32,000 nucleotides of DNA from Horticoccus luteus (GCF_019464535.1 NZ_CP080507.1:3690001-3722000); one strand, 5' to 3'. Shown: positions 21,230-30,054, counted from the stretch's first letter. The notes: generated from the letters alone by a model not told the origin. Program-made: numbers and translations.

Positions 21230-23041
21230 ATGCCTCCGACCCCGTCCGCTCACCGTCACGCGTTTCTCCTGCTGGCGCTCGTCGTGGTGTTCGTCCTGCG
21301 CCCGGGCGCGACCGCGGCGCCGAAGCCCTGGCTCAAACTCGAAGCGGACGACTTCACTATCTATAGCGATGCCTCGGAGAAGCAGATCCTCCGCTGCGCG
21401 CTGGATTACGCCGCCTACCGCCGCGCTTTTGCCGACCTCTTCGTCTCGCCCGACCGCACCCTTCCCCGCTCGGTGCTGTTGCTTTTTCGCAACGACGCCG
21501 CGTTTCACGACTACGTTCCCGACCGGACCGAGAGAGGCTCCAATGCCCGCCTCAGCAACTATTCCTTCACCGTCGATGGTTCGCCCGTCAGCGCGTTTTC
21601 CCTCGAGAGCGGCCGCTCCCGCGCCCTGGAACTGACATTTGAATTCGAGACCGTCTGGGCGCTGGAACGGCTCGGCTACGCTGTCCCCATCTGGATGTCG
21701 CAAGGCGCGGGCGAGGTGCTCTCGTCAGTCACTTACGGAAAAGGCGTCTGCATTGTCGGCGGATCCGCTGGCCGCAACGCCCGCACCGACCTCGCGTGGC
21801 CGGAGTTCTTCGCCGTCGGCACCTTGTCCGACTCGTATAACGACCCCAGGAACCTCTCCGACTTCCTCGCCCAATCGTGGGGGCTCATGCACTGGATCCT
21901 GCTTTCCGACGCGCAGGCCCGCGAACGTTTCACCGCGCTCGCCGCGCGCCTCGCCCACTCGTCCGCCGCCGACGCCGTCGCGGAGACCATGCAGACTCCC
22001 CTCGCCCGTTTCGATCGCGCGATCCAGGCCAGCCTTCGCTCCGGCGCGCGGCGCAAAATCCCCTTCGACGATGCCGCCGTGCGCGCCTCCTTTCACCTCG
22101 TCCCCGCACCGCCCGCCGAAGTGCTCATCCAAAAATCCAACATTTGCGTGGCCCTCGACGATGTCTCCCGCGGCGACGAGCAGCTCGATCTCGCCCGCGG
22201 GCTCGCGCCCGATCTCCCCATGGCGCAGGAGGCCTGGGCGCGGCGCATGCAACGCGAAGGCCAGCGCAACGACGCCCTCCTCGCCTATCGCGCCGCCATC
22301 GCCGCCGGCTCCAAAAACGTCACGGCCTACCTCACTTCTGCTGCCGCGCGACTCGATGACAATCGTTCGCGAGGTTTCGACGAAGCCGGTGAGGGCGGAA
22401 CGCAAGGCACCCTCGCCCTCGCGGAGCTCCGGCAAGCCATCGCCCTCGATCCCTTTAACCCCGCGGCCTACGCGCAACTCGGCCGCGCCTTCTACGTGCA
22501 GAAAGAGGTCACGCCCGCCGACCTCGACGAACTCAGCGTCGGCCTCGTGCCCGGACCCGCCGGCGTGCCGGTTCGCTACTACCGCGCCATGTTGTCGGTG
22601 CGCCTGCACCGCTCCGACGACGCCATCGCCGACCTCGATTTTCTCGCGGCTAGTCCCGACTCCGATGAACGCCTCCGCGAAATTGCCCGGGACCGCGCCG
22701 CCATCGAACGCGTCAATCGCGACGTGGTCGTGGGCGAGTCTTTTCTCAAGGCGCATAACTACGCCGCGCTCCGCGTCCTCGCCTCGGCGGGCCTCAGCGG
22801 CCCCTCGATCAGCGACGACGCCCGCACCCGCTACGCCCATCTCCTCGCCCTCGCCGCCGAGGAAGAAGCTTGGGACAAAGTGAAGGCGCTCGACGACGGC
22901 GCCCACGCCGCCGCGCTGGATAAAGCCGTGCGCGACTTCCTCCAAGGCTACCCTGACAGCCGCCACCGCAACGACGCCTACGAGCTCCTCATGCGCACCG
23001 CCTTCCCGGATCGAAAGCCCCCGCCTCCACCCGTCCGCTGA
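21230..23041 (+). CDS. Secreted hypothetical protein with C-terminal TPR-like repeats
   Basis: Signal-like AFLLLALVVVFVLRPGATAA. The C-terminal half has Ala/Leu-rich helical repeats (ALLAYRAAIAAGSKN, AYAQLGRAFYVQ). Confidence 0.6.
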   Translation: MPPTPSAHRHAFLLLALVVVFVLRPGATAAPKPWLKLEADDFTIYSDASEKQILRCALDYAAYRRAFADLFVSPDRTLPRSVLLLFRNDAAFHDYVPDRTERGSNARLSNYSFTVDGSPVSAFSLESGRSRALELTFEFETVWALERLGYAVPIWMSQGAGEVLSSVTYGKGVCIVGGSAGRNARTDLAWPEFFAVGTLSDSYNDPRNLSDFLAQSWGLMHWILLSDAQARERFTALAARLAHSSAADAVAETMQTPLARFDRAIQASLRSGARRKIPFDDAAVRASFHLVPAPPAEVLIQKSNICVALDDVSRGDEQLDLARGLAPDLPMAQEAWARRMQREGQRNDALLAYRAAIAAGSKNVTAYLTSAAARLDDNRSRGFDEAGEGGTQGTLALAELRQAIALDPFNPAAYAQLGRAFYVQKEVTPADLDELSVGLVPGPAGVPVRYYRAMLSVRLHRSDDAIADLDFLAASPDSDERLREIARDRAAIERVNRDVVVGESFLKAHNYAALRVLASAGLSGPSISDDARTRYAHLLALAAEEEAWDKVKALDDGAHAAALDKAVRDFLQGYPDSRHRNDAYELLMRTAFPDRKPPPPPVR

Positions 23042-23190
23042 CGTTCGCTCAGCCCCCGTAGCGGGCAGCGTTTTCCTTCCGTGCTCCATGTGGGCGGGGT
23101 GCCCTCACCCCGCATCTCCGCGACTCCGCTTCTCCGCGCCCTCGCGCCTCCCTCGCCCCGGCTCCGCGCCCCGGCTCCGCGCCCCGCCCT

Positions 23191-24702
23191 CTACGGATTC
23201 TCGATCTTCTCCAACGGCTCCTCCGCCGGCCCCGAAATCACTTCGCCCTGTGGCGTGAAACGCGAGCCATGGCACGGGCAATCCCACGTCTTTTCCGCCG
23301 CGTTCCAGCCCACGATGCACTTCAAGTGCGTGCACACCGGCGAGCACATCGTCACCGCGCCCGCCGCATCGCGATATGCCGCCACCTTGCGCCCATCCAA
23401 TTCCAAAATCTTTCCCTCCTCGCGCGCCAGCTCCTGCAACGAAGTCCCGTCGCCGCGCGCGAGCCAGTCCCGCAGCATATAAAAAGGATAATCCTTGTTC
23501 TCCGCCACGTAGTTCCACGTGCCGCCGACGAGATGCTTTCGCTCCGGAGAGAATAATTGCTGCCACGGATTCTTCCGCCCCAGCATCGCATCCGCCGCCA
23601 TCATTCCGCCGAGCGTGCCAAACGTCATGCCGTTGCCCGCGAACCCCGTCGCCGCAAATTGCCGCGGCGCCGTCTCTCCGATAAACGGCAGCCCATCGTT
23701 CGTCGTGATCACCTGCCCCGACCAGCGATGATCCACCGCCGCATCTGGCAAGAACTCCCGCAGCCGCGCCTCGAGCCGCGCATAGGCGTCCGCTTCGTCG
23801 CCCTGCCCCGTCTTGTGATCTTCGCCGCCGAAAATCACATAGTCATGCCCGCGCTTCCGTTCCACGCGCACATAATAATACGGCTCGGTCGTATCCCAAA
23901 ACGCCGCCTCCGGCACCGTGCCCGGCGCGAGTTTCGCACCCAGTGCATAACTCGAATAGAGCGCGAGCTTCGTTTGAAAGAGCAACGCATCCGTCAACCC
24001 CGTGATGCCCATCAACGGCGTATGCGTCGCGAGGACCACGTAGCGGCACCGCACCGCAAATTTATCCGCCTTCACCGTCAACGGCTCCGCCTGCACCTCC
24101 GTCACCGCCGTGTTTTCGAAAATTCGGCTGCCGTCGCCGTCGATCCGCCGCGCCAATGCCGCGAGGTATTTGCGCGGATGAAAAATCGCCTGATGCGCGA
24201 ACGCCACTCCCGGCCGCGCCACAAACGGCACGCTCGCCCGAAACTCCGCCGCGATGCCCAGTTCCCGCGCGGTCTCCGCCTCGCGTTCAAATCGTTCCGG
24301 ATCGCCCGCCGCTTCCGCCAGCGAGCCGTGCCAGTAACCCGTCACCCACCGGAAATCGCACGCGATGTCCTCTGCGCGCATGTTGCGCACGATCTGGTCG
24401 ATCGCCGCCGCGCCTGCATCCCACACCGCACGCGTGTGGTCCGAGCCAAACTGGTGCCGCAGCTCCCCCAGCGATTTATCCGTGACCGACGTCAAATGCG
24501 CCGTCGTGTGCCCCGTATCGACGCTCGCGCACCGCCGCCGCTCCAGCACCACCACCGTTTTCCCCGCCTGCTTCAGCAGATACGCCGCCGTCAATCCCGT
24601 GATGCCGCCGCCCACGACCACGGCATCCACGTCGAGATCCATGTTGAGTTTCGGAAAACGAGGCAGGGAAGCGGTGTCGATCCAGTAAGGTGTAGTATTC
24701 AT
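23191..24702 (-). CDS. FAD-dependent oxidoreductase (DAO family) fused to a C-terminal Rieske [2Fe-2S] domain
   Basis: VVVGGGITGLTAAY dinucleotide-binding motif. C-terminal CTHLKC ... CPCHGSRF is the Rieske CxH...CxxH signature. Confidence 0.85.
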   Translation of the reverse strand: MNTTPYWIDTASLPRFPKLNMDLDVDAVVVGGGITGLTAAYLLKQAGKTVVVLERRRCASVDTGHTTAHLTSVTDKSLGELRHQFGSDHTRAVWDAGAAAIDQIVRNMRAEDIACDFRWVTGYWHGSLAEAAGDPERFEREAETARELGIAAEFRASVPFVARPGVAFAHQAIFHPRKYLAALARRIDGDGSRIFENTAVTEVQAEPLTVKADKFAVRCRYVVLATHTPLMGITGLTDALLFQTKLALYSSYALGAKLAPGTVPEAAFWDTTEPYYYVRVERKRGHDYVIFGGEDHKTGQGDEADAYARLEARLREFLPDAAVDHRWSGQVITTNDGLPFIGETAPRQFAATGFAGNGMTFGTLGGMMAADAMLGRKNPWQQLFSPERKHLVGGTWNYVAENKDYPFYMLRDWLARGDGTSLQELAREEGKILELDGRKVAAYRDAAGAVTMCSPVCTHLKCIVGWNAAEKTWDCPCHGSRFTPQGEVISGPAEEPLEKIENP

Positions 24703-24883
24703 AAAACGCGTCCGCCGATGGGCGGTTGTCCACCATACTCCCCCGCGTCGCCGCTACCATCGGGCCGTTGCTGAAACTCCGTGGGGAGTCGCCCCGCCAT
24801 CGCCCCCGCGAACGAAGCCACCCCGCCGCGGTCTGCCCTCCTGCGCCCTCGCATCCGGATGCGCATCAACCGGCGCATCCTCT

Positions 24884-26113
24884 ATGAATCTGCTTTCGCC
24901 GCATCCTTTCTGGCCGTGGCAGGACGGCCTGCCGGCGAACTTCCCCGCCCTCGAGCGCAACATCACCTGCGACGTCGCCGTGCTCGGCGCCGGCGTCACC
25001 GGCGCCCTCGTCGCGTGGCACCTCGCCGACGCCGGCTTCGATGTGGTCGTCCTCGACGCCCACGAAGCCGCGCACGGCAGCACCGCCGGCACCACGAGCC
25101 TTCTGCAATACGAAATCGACGAACCGCTGCACCGCCTCGCGCACACGTTTGGCGCGCCGTTTGCCACGCGCTGTTACCGCCGCTGCGATGCCGCGCTCGA
25201 TGGCATCGCGCGCCTCGTGCGCACCCTCAAGCTCTCATGCGACTTCGAGCGCAAATCCAGCCTCCTCCTCGCCAGCACCGCTGCGCACGTCCCGCGACTC
25301 CGCCGCGAATTCGAGGCCCGGCACGCCGCCGGCTTCGACGTCGAGTGGTGGTCGCGCTCCATCCTCGCCCGCCGCAGCACCCTCCCGCAACCGGCCGCCC
25401 TCCTCTCCGCGCGCGCCGCGCAAATGGACGCCTACCGTTTCACCTACGGCCTCCTCCAAGCCGCGCAACAACGCGGCGCGCGCATCTTTGATCGCACTCC
25501 CGTGCAACGCCCCCGCGTGCATCGCCGCGGCGCCGACCTGCGCACAGCCGCCGGCGTCCGCGTGCGCGCCCGCGAAGTCGTCGTCGCGACCGGTTATGCC
25601 GCCGACGCCTGGCTTCCCGAGCGCGCGACCGCGTTGCACAGCACCTACGCGCTCGCCAGCGAACCGTTGACGCAATTCGCCGGCTGGCCCGCCGACCGCT
25701 GCCTCATCTGGGAAACGCGCCGCCCATATTGTTACCTCCGCACCGCCCCCGACGGCCGCGTCATCATGGGCGGCTACGATGAACCCTTTCGCGATCCCGC
25801 TGCGCGCGACCGCCTCCTGCCCGCCAAGACGGCCGCGCTGCGCCGACGCTTCGCGCAACTATTTCCCGCGCTCCCTCCGCTCACCGTCGCGACGTCGTGG
25901 GCGGGCACCTTTGGCGAAACGCCCCACGGCCTCCCGCTCATCGGCCGGCATCCCGACCGCCCCCGTCTGTGGTTCGCGATCGGCTACGGCGGCAACGGCA
26001 TCACGTTCAGCCTGATCGCCGCCGAGATCATCCGCGCCGCGATGCTCGGCGACCCCGACCCCGACGCCCCCCTCTTCGGCTTCGACCGCCGGCCCGTCGC
26101 CGCGCGTCCCTAA
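24884..26113 (+). CDS. FAD-dependent oxidoreductase (DAO family), paralogue of the neighbouring Rieske fusion but lacking the Rieske domain
   Basis: VAVLGAGVTGALVAW motif. Its N-terminal segments, including a shared CDF motif, look similar by eye to the 23191-24702 product (alignment not run). Ends GYGGNGITFS. Confidence 0.8.
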   Translation: MNLLSPHPFWPWQDGLPANFPALERNITCDVAVLGAGVTGALVAWHLADAGFDVVVLDAHEAAHGSTAGTTSLLQYEIDEPLHRLAHTFGAPFATRCYRRCDAALDGIARLVRTLKLSCDFERKSSLLLASTAAHVPRLRREFEARHAAGFDVEWWSRSILARRSTLPQPAALLSARAAQMDAYRFTYGLLQAAQQRGARIFDRTPVQRPRVHRRGADLRTAAGVRVRAREVVVATGYAADAWLPERATALHSTYALASEPLTQFAGWPADRCLIWETRRPYCYLRTAPDGRVIMGGYDEPFRDPAARDRLLPAKTAALRRRFAQLFPALPPLTVATSWAGTFGETPHGLPLIGRHPDRPRLWFAIGYGGNGITFSLIAAEIIRAAMLGDPDPDAPLFGFDRRPVAARP

Positions 26114-26340
26114 CCCTCGCCGCCTGGCCTCAGTCTGCGCCAGTCGCGTAGCGGAATTGCGTCAGCATTTCGTCCATCCCGAATGAAAACGCTCCGCTCG
26201 CCCATACAGAAAGAGCTTACCCAAGCTGGGCAAGTATTGATACTCCGCGCGTTGTGTGCATGCCTATTCCCATGAACCCCGTTCGGGTAAGGCAATCGGG
26301 TAAGGGTGAATAACACTGATCGGCTGAAGAAAGTTCTCCC

Positions 26341-26577
26341 ATGGTGCTCCCGAAGGAACGCGCCAAGATTTTCCTCCTGCTTTTGGGAGTCGTCGTCGGG
26401 CTTTACGGTTTGTTCCTGCTCAGCCCATTTCGAAGCAAAGAAGACGGCGGTCCCAAGTATCAGAAGGGAATGTATGCAGAAGCAGCGGCTAGTGGTGCCT
26501 TGGAAGATTTTGCTCCGTGGATGATCGGGATAGGAGGAGCGGCGTTGTTTGGTGCCTACCTGCTTCGCGAGCGATGA
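26341..26577 (+). CDS. Small membrane protein with two predicted TM helices
   Basis: 78 aa. Hydrophobic IFLLLLGVVVGLYGLFLL and MIGIGGAALFGAYLL. Lower-GC codon usage than the core. A terminator-like hairpin follows. Confidence 0.45.
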   Translation: MVLPKERAKIFLLLLGVVVGLYGLFLLSPFRSKEDGGPKYQKGMYAEAAASGALEDFAPWMIGIGGAALFGAYLLRER

Positions 26578-26616
26578 AGAGCGCCGATCCAGTCGCCACA
26601 GCGCAACGCGGGCAGC

Positions 26617-26640
26617 CGTCCGTCTTCGGACGTTTCGTTC
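26617..26640 (+). terminator. Rho-independent terminator candidate
   Basis: cgtccg (26617-26622) / cggacg (26627-26632) stem with tctt loop, followed by tttcgtt. Confidence 0.45.
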
Positions 26641-26702
26641 GCATTCGAAACTCCGTCCTCGGTCGGCCCGCGTGGCTGAGCTGAATCGTTCGGCAGAAAG
26701 AA

Positions 26703-27083
26703 ATGAGCGCTGAACAAGTCATTCTCGTGGTCGACCGGATGTATGGCAGCAAGATCGTTGATCTGCCCGCGTCCGCAGCCCTCTGGATCGTCGATTCACC
26801 GGCAAATCAGCCATTCATCTCAGAAGTGAAGAAGAAGTTTACGCCGGCGGTTCGAGGCGATCTCAGCTGGTTTAAGGACTCCCCACAGCTCTCGCCCGCA
26901 AGTCTCGCAGCTCAAAAGATTGATACGATAGAAGATCACCACGGCGAGTATTCGCAGCATCCGGCCTATTCTCGCCTTACGATCATCGGCACATCTCCGG
27001 ACGGAGAGTTGTGTGCCCTTCTCGAAAAGGACGGCTTCAAGCTCACATTGTCGAACGACCGGGAGATCGAATTCGAACGATGA
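26703..27083 (+). CDS. Hypothetical cassette-like protein (126 aa)
   Basis: Clean ATG ORF with balanced amino-acid composition in the low-GC island. The stop is immediately followed by repeat/hairpin copy 1. Confidence 0.5.
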   Translation: MSAEQVILVVDRMYGSKIVDLPASAALWIVDSPANQPFISEVKKKFTPAVRGDLSWFKDSPQLSPASLAAQKIDTIEDHHGEYSQHPAYSRLTIIGTSPDGELCALLEKDGFKLTLSNDREIEFER

Positions 27084-27322
27084 AGACGCCCAACTCTGAG
27101 CGTTCAACTCTGAGCGTTCTGCTGCGCCGTAGCGCGCAGCGGGACGCGGGTTGAACAAGCCCGTTTCGAAGGCAGCAGGAGCTCCGGCCACCGCTTATGC
27201 GTTTTGTAGTGGCCGCCAATCGTTGGCGGACGCAGCGCCGGACGGCGACCGCCTTCGCCGGTTGCAGGCGCGCGTGCCGGCGGTGTCCGTTTTCGCCTGC
27301 CGAGAGAGCGCCCACCGCCGTC
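27084..27322. repeat. Copy 1 of island repeat: attC-like hairpin site (27088-27156, with 14-bp tandem duplication) plus GC-rich module
   Basis: Aligns by eye with 29779-30054 and 31032-31304. It contains caactctgagcgtt twice in tandem (27091-27104, 27105-27118), a hairpin at 27119-27142, and GGTTGAACAAG at 27149-27159. Confidence 0.8.
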
Positions 27323-27364
27323 AGGGCCGCGATCCGCCGCGCGGCGGAGCGCACGGCCCACCCG

Positions 27365-27520
27365 CAAACCGTCGACGCCGGTGCAATCGAGCGCGGCCGG
27401 ACCGCCGCCGTTGCGCGCCGCCATCTGGCGGACAAACCGCAGATACTCGGCCTGCGTCGCGGCCGCCAGCAAACGCAGCCGCATCGTCTCCGCTAAACGC
27501 TGCACCGACTCCGGATCGGG
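27365..27520 (-). pseudogene. N-terminal fragment of a tyrosine recombinase (phage-integrase SAM-like N-domain), truncated
   Basis: Minus-strand translation ESVQRLAETMRLRLLAAATQAEYLRFVRQMAARNGGGPAALDCTGVDGL follows the MRLR.L...T...Y...VR.....G..P..L pattern of integrase N-termini, including those encoded next to some IS91-family transposases. Downstream it fuses to the GC-rich repeat and loses protein-like character. Confidence 0.3.
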
Positions 27521-27751
27521 CGCGGCGATCTTCTGGCGCCACCCCGGAGGGTGGACGCATGCGTGGACTCTCTTCCCGTCGTTTTTGATTTAGGCATAGA
27601 CCCGCAGCCTTGCCATCCACCGCCCTCCCGCCCATCCTTCCGCTCGTGCCCCCCCCGCACTATATACACCCGCTCACCCGCGTCGCGCAGCCGCTTGGTT
27701 CAACCAGTCGGCACAGACAACTCCAGGGCTTCGCCTCTCCGTGTCCGACTA

Positions 27752-28162
27752 ATGGCGCTCGGCCAAAATATGAATCGTGGCCTTGTCGATCTATTGAAGC
27801 AGCTTCCTGACGACGTGACAGTTGTCGTTGAGCTATACCGCGCGCTATTCAGTGGGCGCTTCTGGGTATTGGCACAGCACACCGACCACTTTCACGCGAC
27901 GCAGTTTTTGACTTATCCGGCAGCGGATGGTGCCCGCGAGCTTCCAGTTTTCACAAGTGCGGATCGCGAGCTCTTGGTCGATCTTCATCGCCAAGTTTCA
28001 GCGGCGGAAGTTCGAGAAGTCGATGGCCGGACTCTTTGGCCGCGCCTCATTGATGTGTTGGATTCCGATACTTTCGTGGCTGTCGATGCTGCCGAGAAGC
28101 ATGGCATTCGACTTTCGAAGGCGATGATCATGGGCTTCGTGAAGTTACACGGCGAGCGATGA
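27752..28162 (+). CDS. SseB-like family protein
   Basis: MALGQNMNRGLVDLLKQL..., with FWVLAQH ... DGARELPVFTSADREL ... FVAVDAAEKHGIRL resembling the SseB N-terminal domain pattern. ATGA overlap with the next gene. Confidence 0.5.
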   Translation: MALGQNMNRGLVDLLKQLPDDVTVVVELYRALFSGRFWVLAQHTDHFHATQFLTYPAADGARELPVFTSADRELLVDLHRQVSAAEVREVDGRTLWPRLIDVLDSDTFVAVDAAEKHGIRLSKAMIMGFVKLHGER

Positions 28163-28605
28163 AAAGGCCGAACTCGGAGCGTTCTAGGCAAAGCCTATGC
28201 TCCGTTGTTTTTCTGCTGTTAGCTCTCGCTGGAGGAGGGTGCACGACGCCGCTAAGCTCTCCCCTCTCGGTGAAGTCGCCCGAGCTTGGGTTTGACCCAA
28301 AGTGGAAAGCGCACAGCGAGTATATAAACCGTATTGCGCAACAGGTACAGTCCGAATGGGAACGTCTTCTGGTAACAAACAAGATTTATCCTCCTTCGGA
28401 CTCAAAGGTCGTGGTTGTTTTCGTGATGAACGCAGAAGGAAAAATTACGCGCATCAAGCAAGTGAAGAATGAATCATCCAGGGAAGGGGCGATAGCGTGT
28501 CTTTCAGCGATCATTAACCCAGCACCATACGGGAAATGGTCAGACGCGATGAAAGCGCTCTTGGGAGAAGAGCAGGAGGTGACTTTTACTTTCGTATACC
28601 AATAA
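28159..28605 (+). CDS. Lipoprotein with TonB-C-like C-terminal region
   Basis: Signal peptide with lipobox LLALAGGGC. The start codon and first 9 codons (MKRPNSERS) are encoded by the conserved island motif AAAAGGCCGAACTCGGAGCGTTCT. Confidence 0.6.
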   Translation: MKRPNSERSRQSLCSVVFLLLALAGGGCTTPLSSPLSVKSPELGFDPKWKAHSEYINRIAQQVQSEWERLLVTNKIYPPSDSKVVVVFVMNAEGKITRIKQVKNESSREGAIACLSAIINPAPYGKWSDAMKALLGEEQEVTFTFVYQ

Positions 28606-28815
28606 GAGAAAGCTTAAACCGCAGAGAACCGCTAAGACCGGAGAAAGGGAAAGCCGCGCGTCCTGACTCTTGACCACCGAAGCGAATACATTTGTCCTTA
28701 GTTCCGATTGCCTCGGCTACACGCGATGTCTTGGAGATCGGCGCTCTTCGAGCATAACCTGCATCGCCGGAGACGAGCACTCTCTTCGCTGTTCGCTCCG
28801 TCATCGCAGCTATAA
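28606..28815 (-). mobile_element. IS110-family-derived intergenic unit A (internally deleted copy of unit B)
   Basis: 28741-28815 aligns with 29291-29365, tcggctacacgc with tcggttacacgc, and cctgactcttgaccaccgaagcgaat with ccttgactcttgacaaacaaagcgaat. About 200 bp is missing relative to unit B. Confidence 0.5.
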
Positions 28816-28830
28816 GGTCTTGGGAAAACA

Positions 28831-28992
28831 ATGCATCGCGCTACCCTACTCATCATACTTACAATAAGCGCAGCTTTCCTGTCTGCGTGCGTTGAAATCT
28901 CGAGCTATAGTCTAGCTCAGACGAATTCAGGCTACCTGCTTACCGTGCGCAGGGACTACAAAGGGATCAGCTTTGGGATGGCAGAGACCTAA
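28831..28992 (+). CDS. Small putative lipoprotein (53 aa; below the ORF-track cutoff)
   Basis: My translation: MHRATLLIILTISAAFLSACVEISSYSLAQTNSGYLLTVRRDYKGISFGMAET, with lipobox LSAC and stop TAA at 28990-28992. Confidence 0.35.
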   Translation: MHRATLLIILTISAAFLSACVEISSYSLAQTNSGYLLTVRRDYKGISFGMAET

Positions 28993-29234
28993 AACCGCAC
29001 GCCTTGACTCTTGACAAACAAAGCGAATTGCGGGCACCCACGCCCAAGCTCGACGAGAGACGTTCGCATTGCTCGCGTTATCCGGATCTTGCGCAGCGTC
29101 TTCTCCAAGACCCACAGGTCTGAACTCACCTGTCTATACACGCGCAACTCGCCTTCGCGGCTGCCTTCGGTTGTCGCTATTGTGATTGTATCTTTATGGA
29201 CATCCAGGCGCACATATCTTTGCTTGAGCTTCAT
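28989..29234 (-). pseudogene. IS110-family transposase N-terminal fragment (DEDD domain start), truncated and decayed
   Basis: MKLKQRYVRLDVHKDTITIATTEGSREGELRVYRQVSSDLWVLEKTLRKI matches the IS110-family N-terminus (G.DVHKD.I.VA ... G ... L.KL). Only about 80 aa remain, and the EAGPCG region is degenerate. Confidence 0.55.
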
Positions 29235-29365
29235 GGGCTTGTCCTTGGTTTTGGTTGTTTCGGTTACACGCCACACCCCGGCGGATCTGCGCTCTTCGAG
29301 CGTAACCCGCGTTCACCAAGGACAAGCACCCTCTTCGCTTTCCGCTCCTTCATCGCAGCTATAAT
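29235..29365 (-). mobile_element. Non-coding left-end remnant of the IS110-family element (unit B)
   Basis: 130 bp upstream of the transposase-fragment ATG. Its distal 75 bp is repeated at 28741-28815. It contains a possible stem gggttacgc / gcgt(g)taacc, and ends in TATAAT (29360-29365 on plus). Confidence 0.4.
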
Positions 29366-29376
29366 GCCTCTGCAAA

Positions 29377-29814
29377 ATGAAACAGACCTCGCCGTTTGCG
29401 GTTACATTCCTCATGGCAGTCGCTGTGTTGTTCACCGGCTGTGCTCAGACCTACAAAGCATCGCTATTCATCGTAGACGATTGGGCACCGGGGAAGAATC
29501 CAACCCCCGAAATTATCGCGGATCCGGTCGGCGGCTACATTTGGGGCGCTCTATTGCGATCAGATAAGTTTTGGGTCCAGCACATCAGCAACTATTTTGT
29601 CGATCCTTCGGAGGTCATGAAGATTCGCCAGGGACTCACGGTGGATTGGTCCAAAGGAAAGGTGATGGGTCCTTACCAAACGACCGAGATCACGATTTCC
29701 CTTCACTATGGTCACGAATCCGCGTTCGAAGCGATTTACCGCGCGTTGCGAGACTACCATGCGCCTATACTCGCAGTTAAAAGGCCGAACTCTGAGCGTT
29801 CTGCTGCGCCGTAG
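29377..29814 (+). CDS. Lipoprotein (145 aa)
   Basis: Signal peptide with lipobox LFTGC. The C-terminal VKRPNSERSAAP is read through the island hairpin site. Confidence 0.6.
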   Translation: MKQTSPFAVTFLMAVAVLFTGCAQTYKASLFIVDDWAPGKNPTPEIIADPVGGYIWGALLRSDKFWVQHISNYFVDPSEVMKIRQGLTVDWSKGKVMGPYQTTEITISLHYGHESAFEAIYRALRDYHAPILAVKRPNSERSAAP

Positions 29815-30054
29815 CGCGCAGCGGGACGCGGGTTGAACAAGCCCGTTTCGAAGGCGTCCGCGGTTCCGACCGCCGCTTATGCGCTTTGTAGTGGCCGCTC
29901 ACCGCCGACGGGCGGAGCGCCGGACGGCGGCATCCTTCGCCGGTCGCGGGCGCGCGTGCCGGTGGCGTCCGTTTTCGTCCGCCGAGAGGGCGTCCGCCGC
30001 CCGTCGCCGGGGCCGGGAGCCGTCTTTCTGCCCCGGCGGCCAAGGCTGCCGCCG
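29779..30054. repeat. Copy 2 of island repeat: attC-like hairpin site (29784-29838) plus GC-rich module, contiguous with the IS91 transposase fragment
   Basis: Aligns with copies 1 and 3. GCCGAAC at 29784-29790, hairpin at 29799-29827, GGTTGAACAAG at 29831-29841. Confidence 0.8.

Noticed and set aside
27151-27588. Plus-strand ORFs starting MNKPVSKA inside each GC-rich repeat copy (also 29833-30174 and 31086-31358)
   Set aside because: They start at the TTG inside GTTGAAC and have Arg/Pro/Ala-rich products. Indels between copies shift the frame, so conservation is at the nucleotide/structure level, not the protein level. The minus-strand ORFs through the same repeats (GGHYKTHKR...) were rejected for the same reason.
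27365-27751. A complete integron platform (intI divergent from attI/Pc and cassettes)
   Set aside because: The geometry is suggestive: a recombinase fragment on the minus strand, a promoter-like region, then plus-strand cassettes. However, only about 50 aa of the recombinase N-terminus survive. It resembles IS91-associated integrases at least as much as IntI, and cassette-like genes also lie on its other side. At most this is a degraded or integrase-less array.
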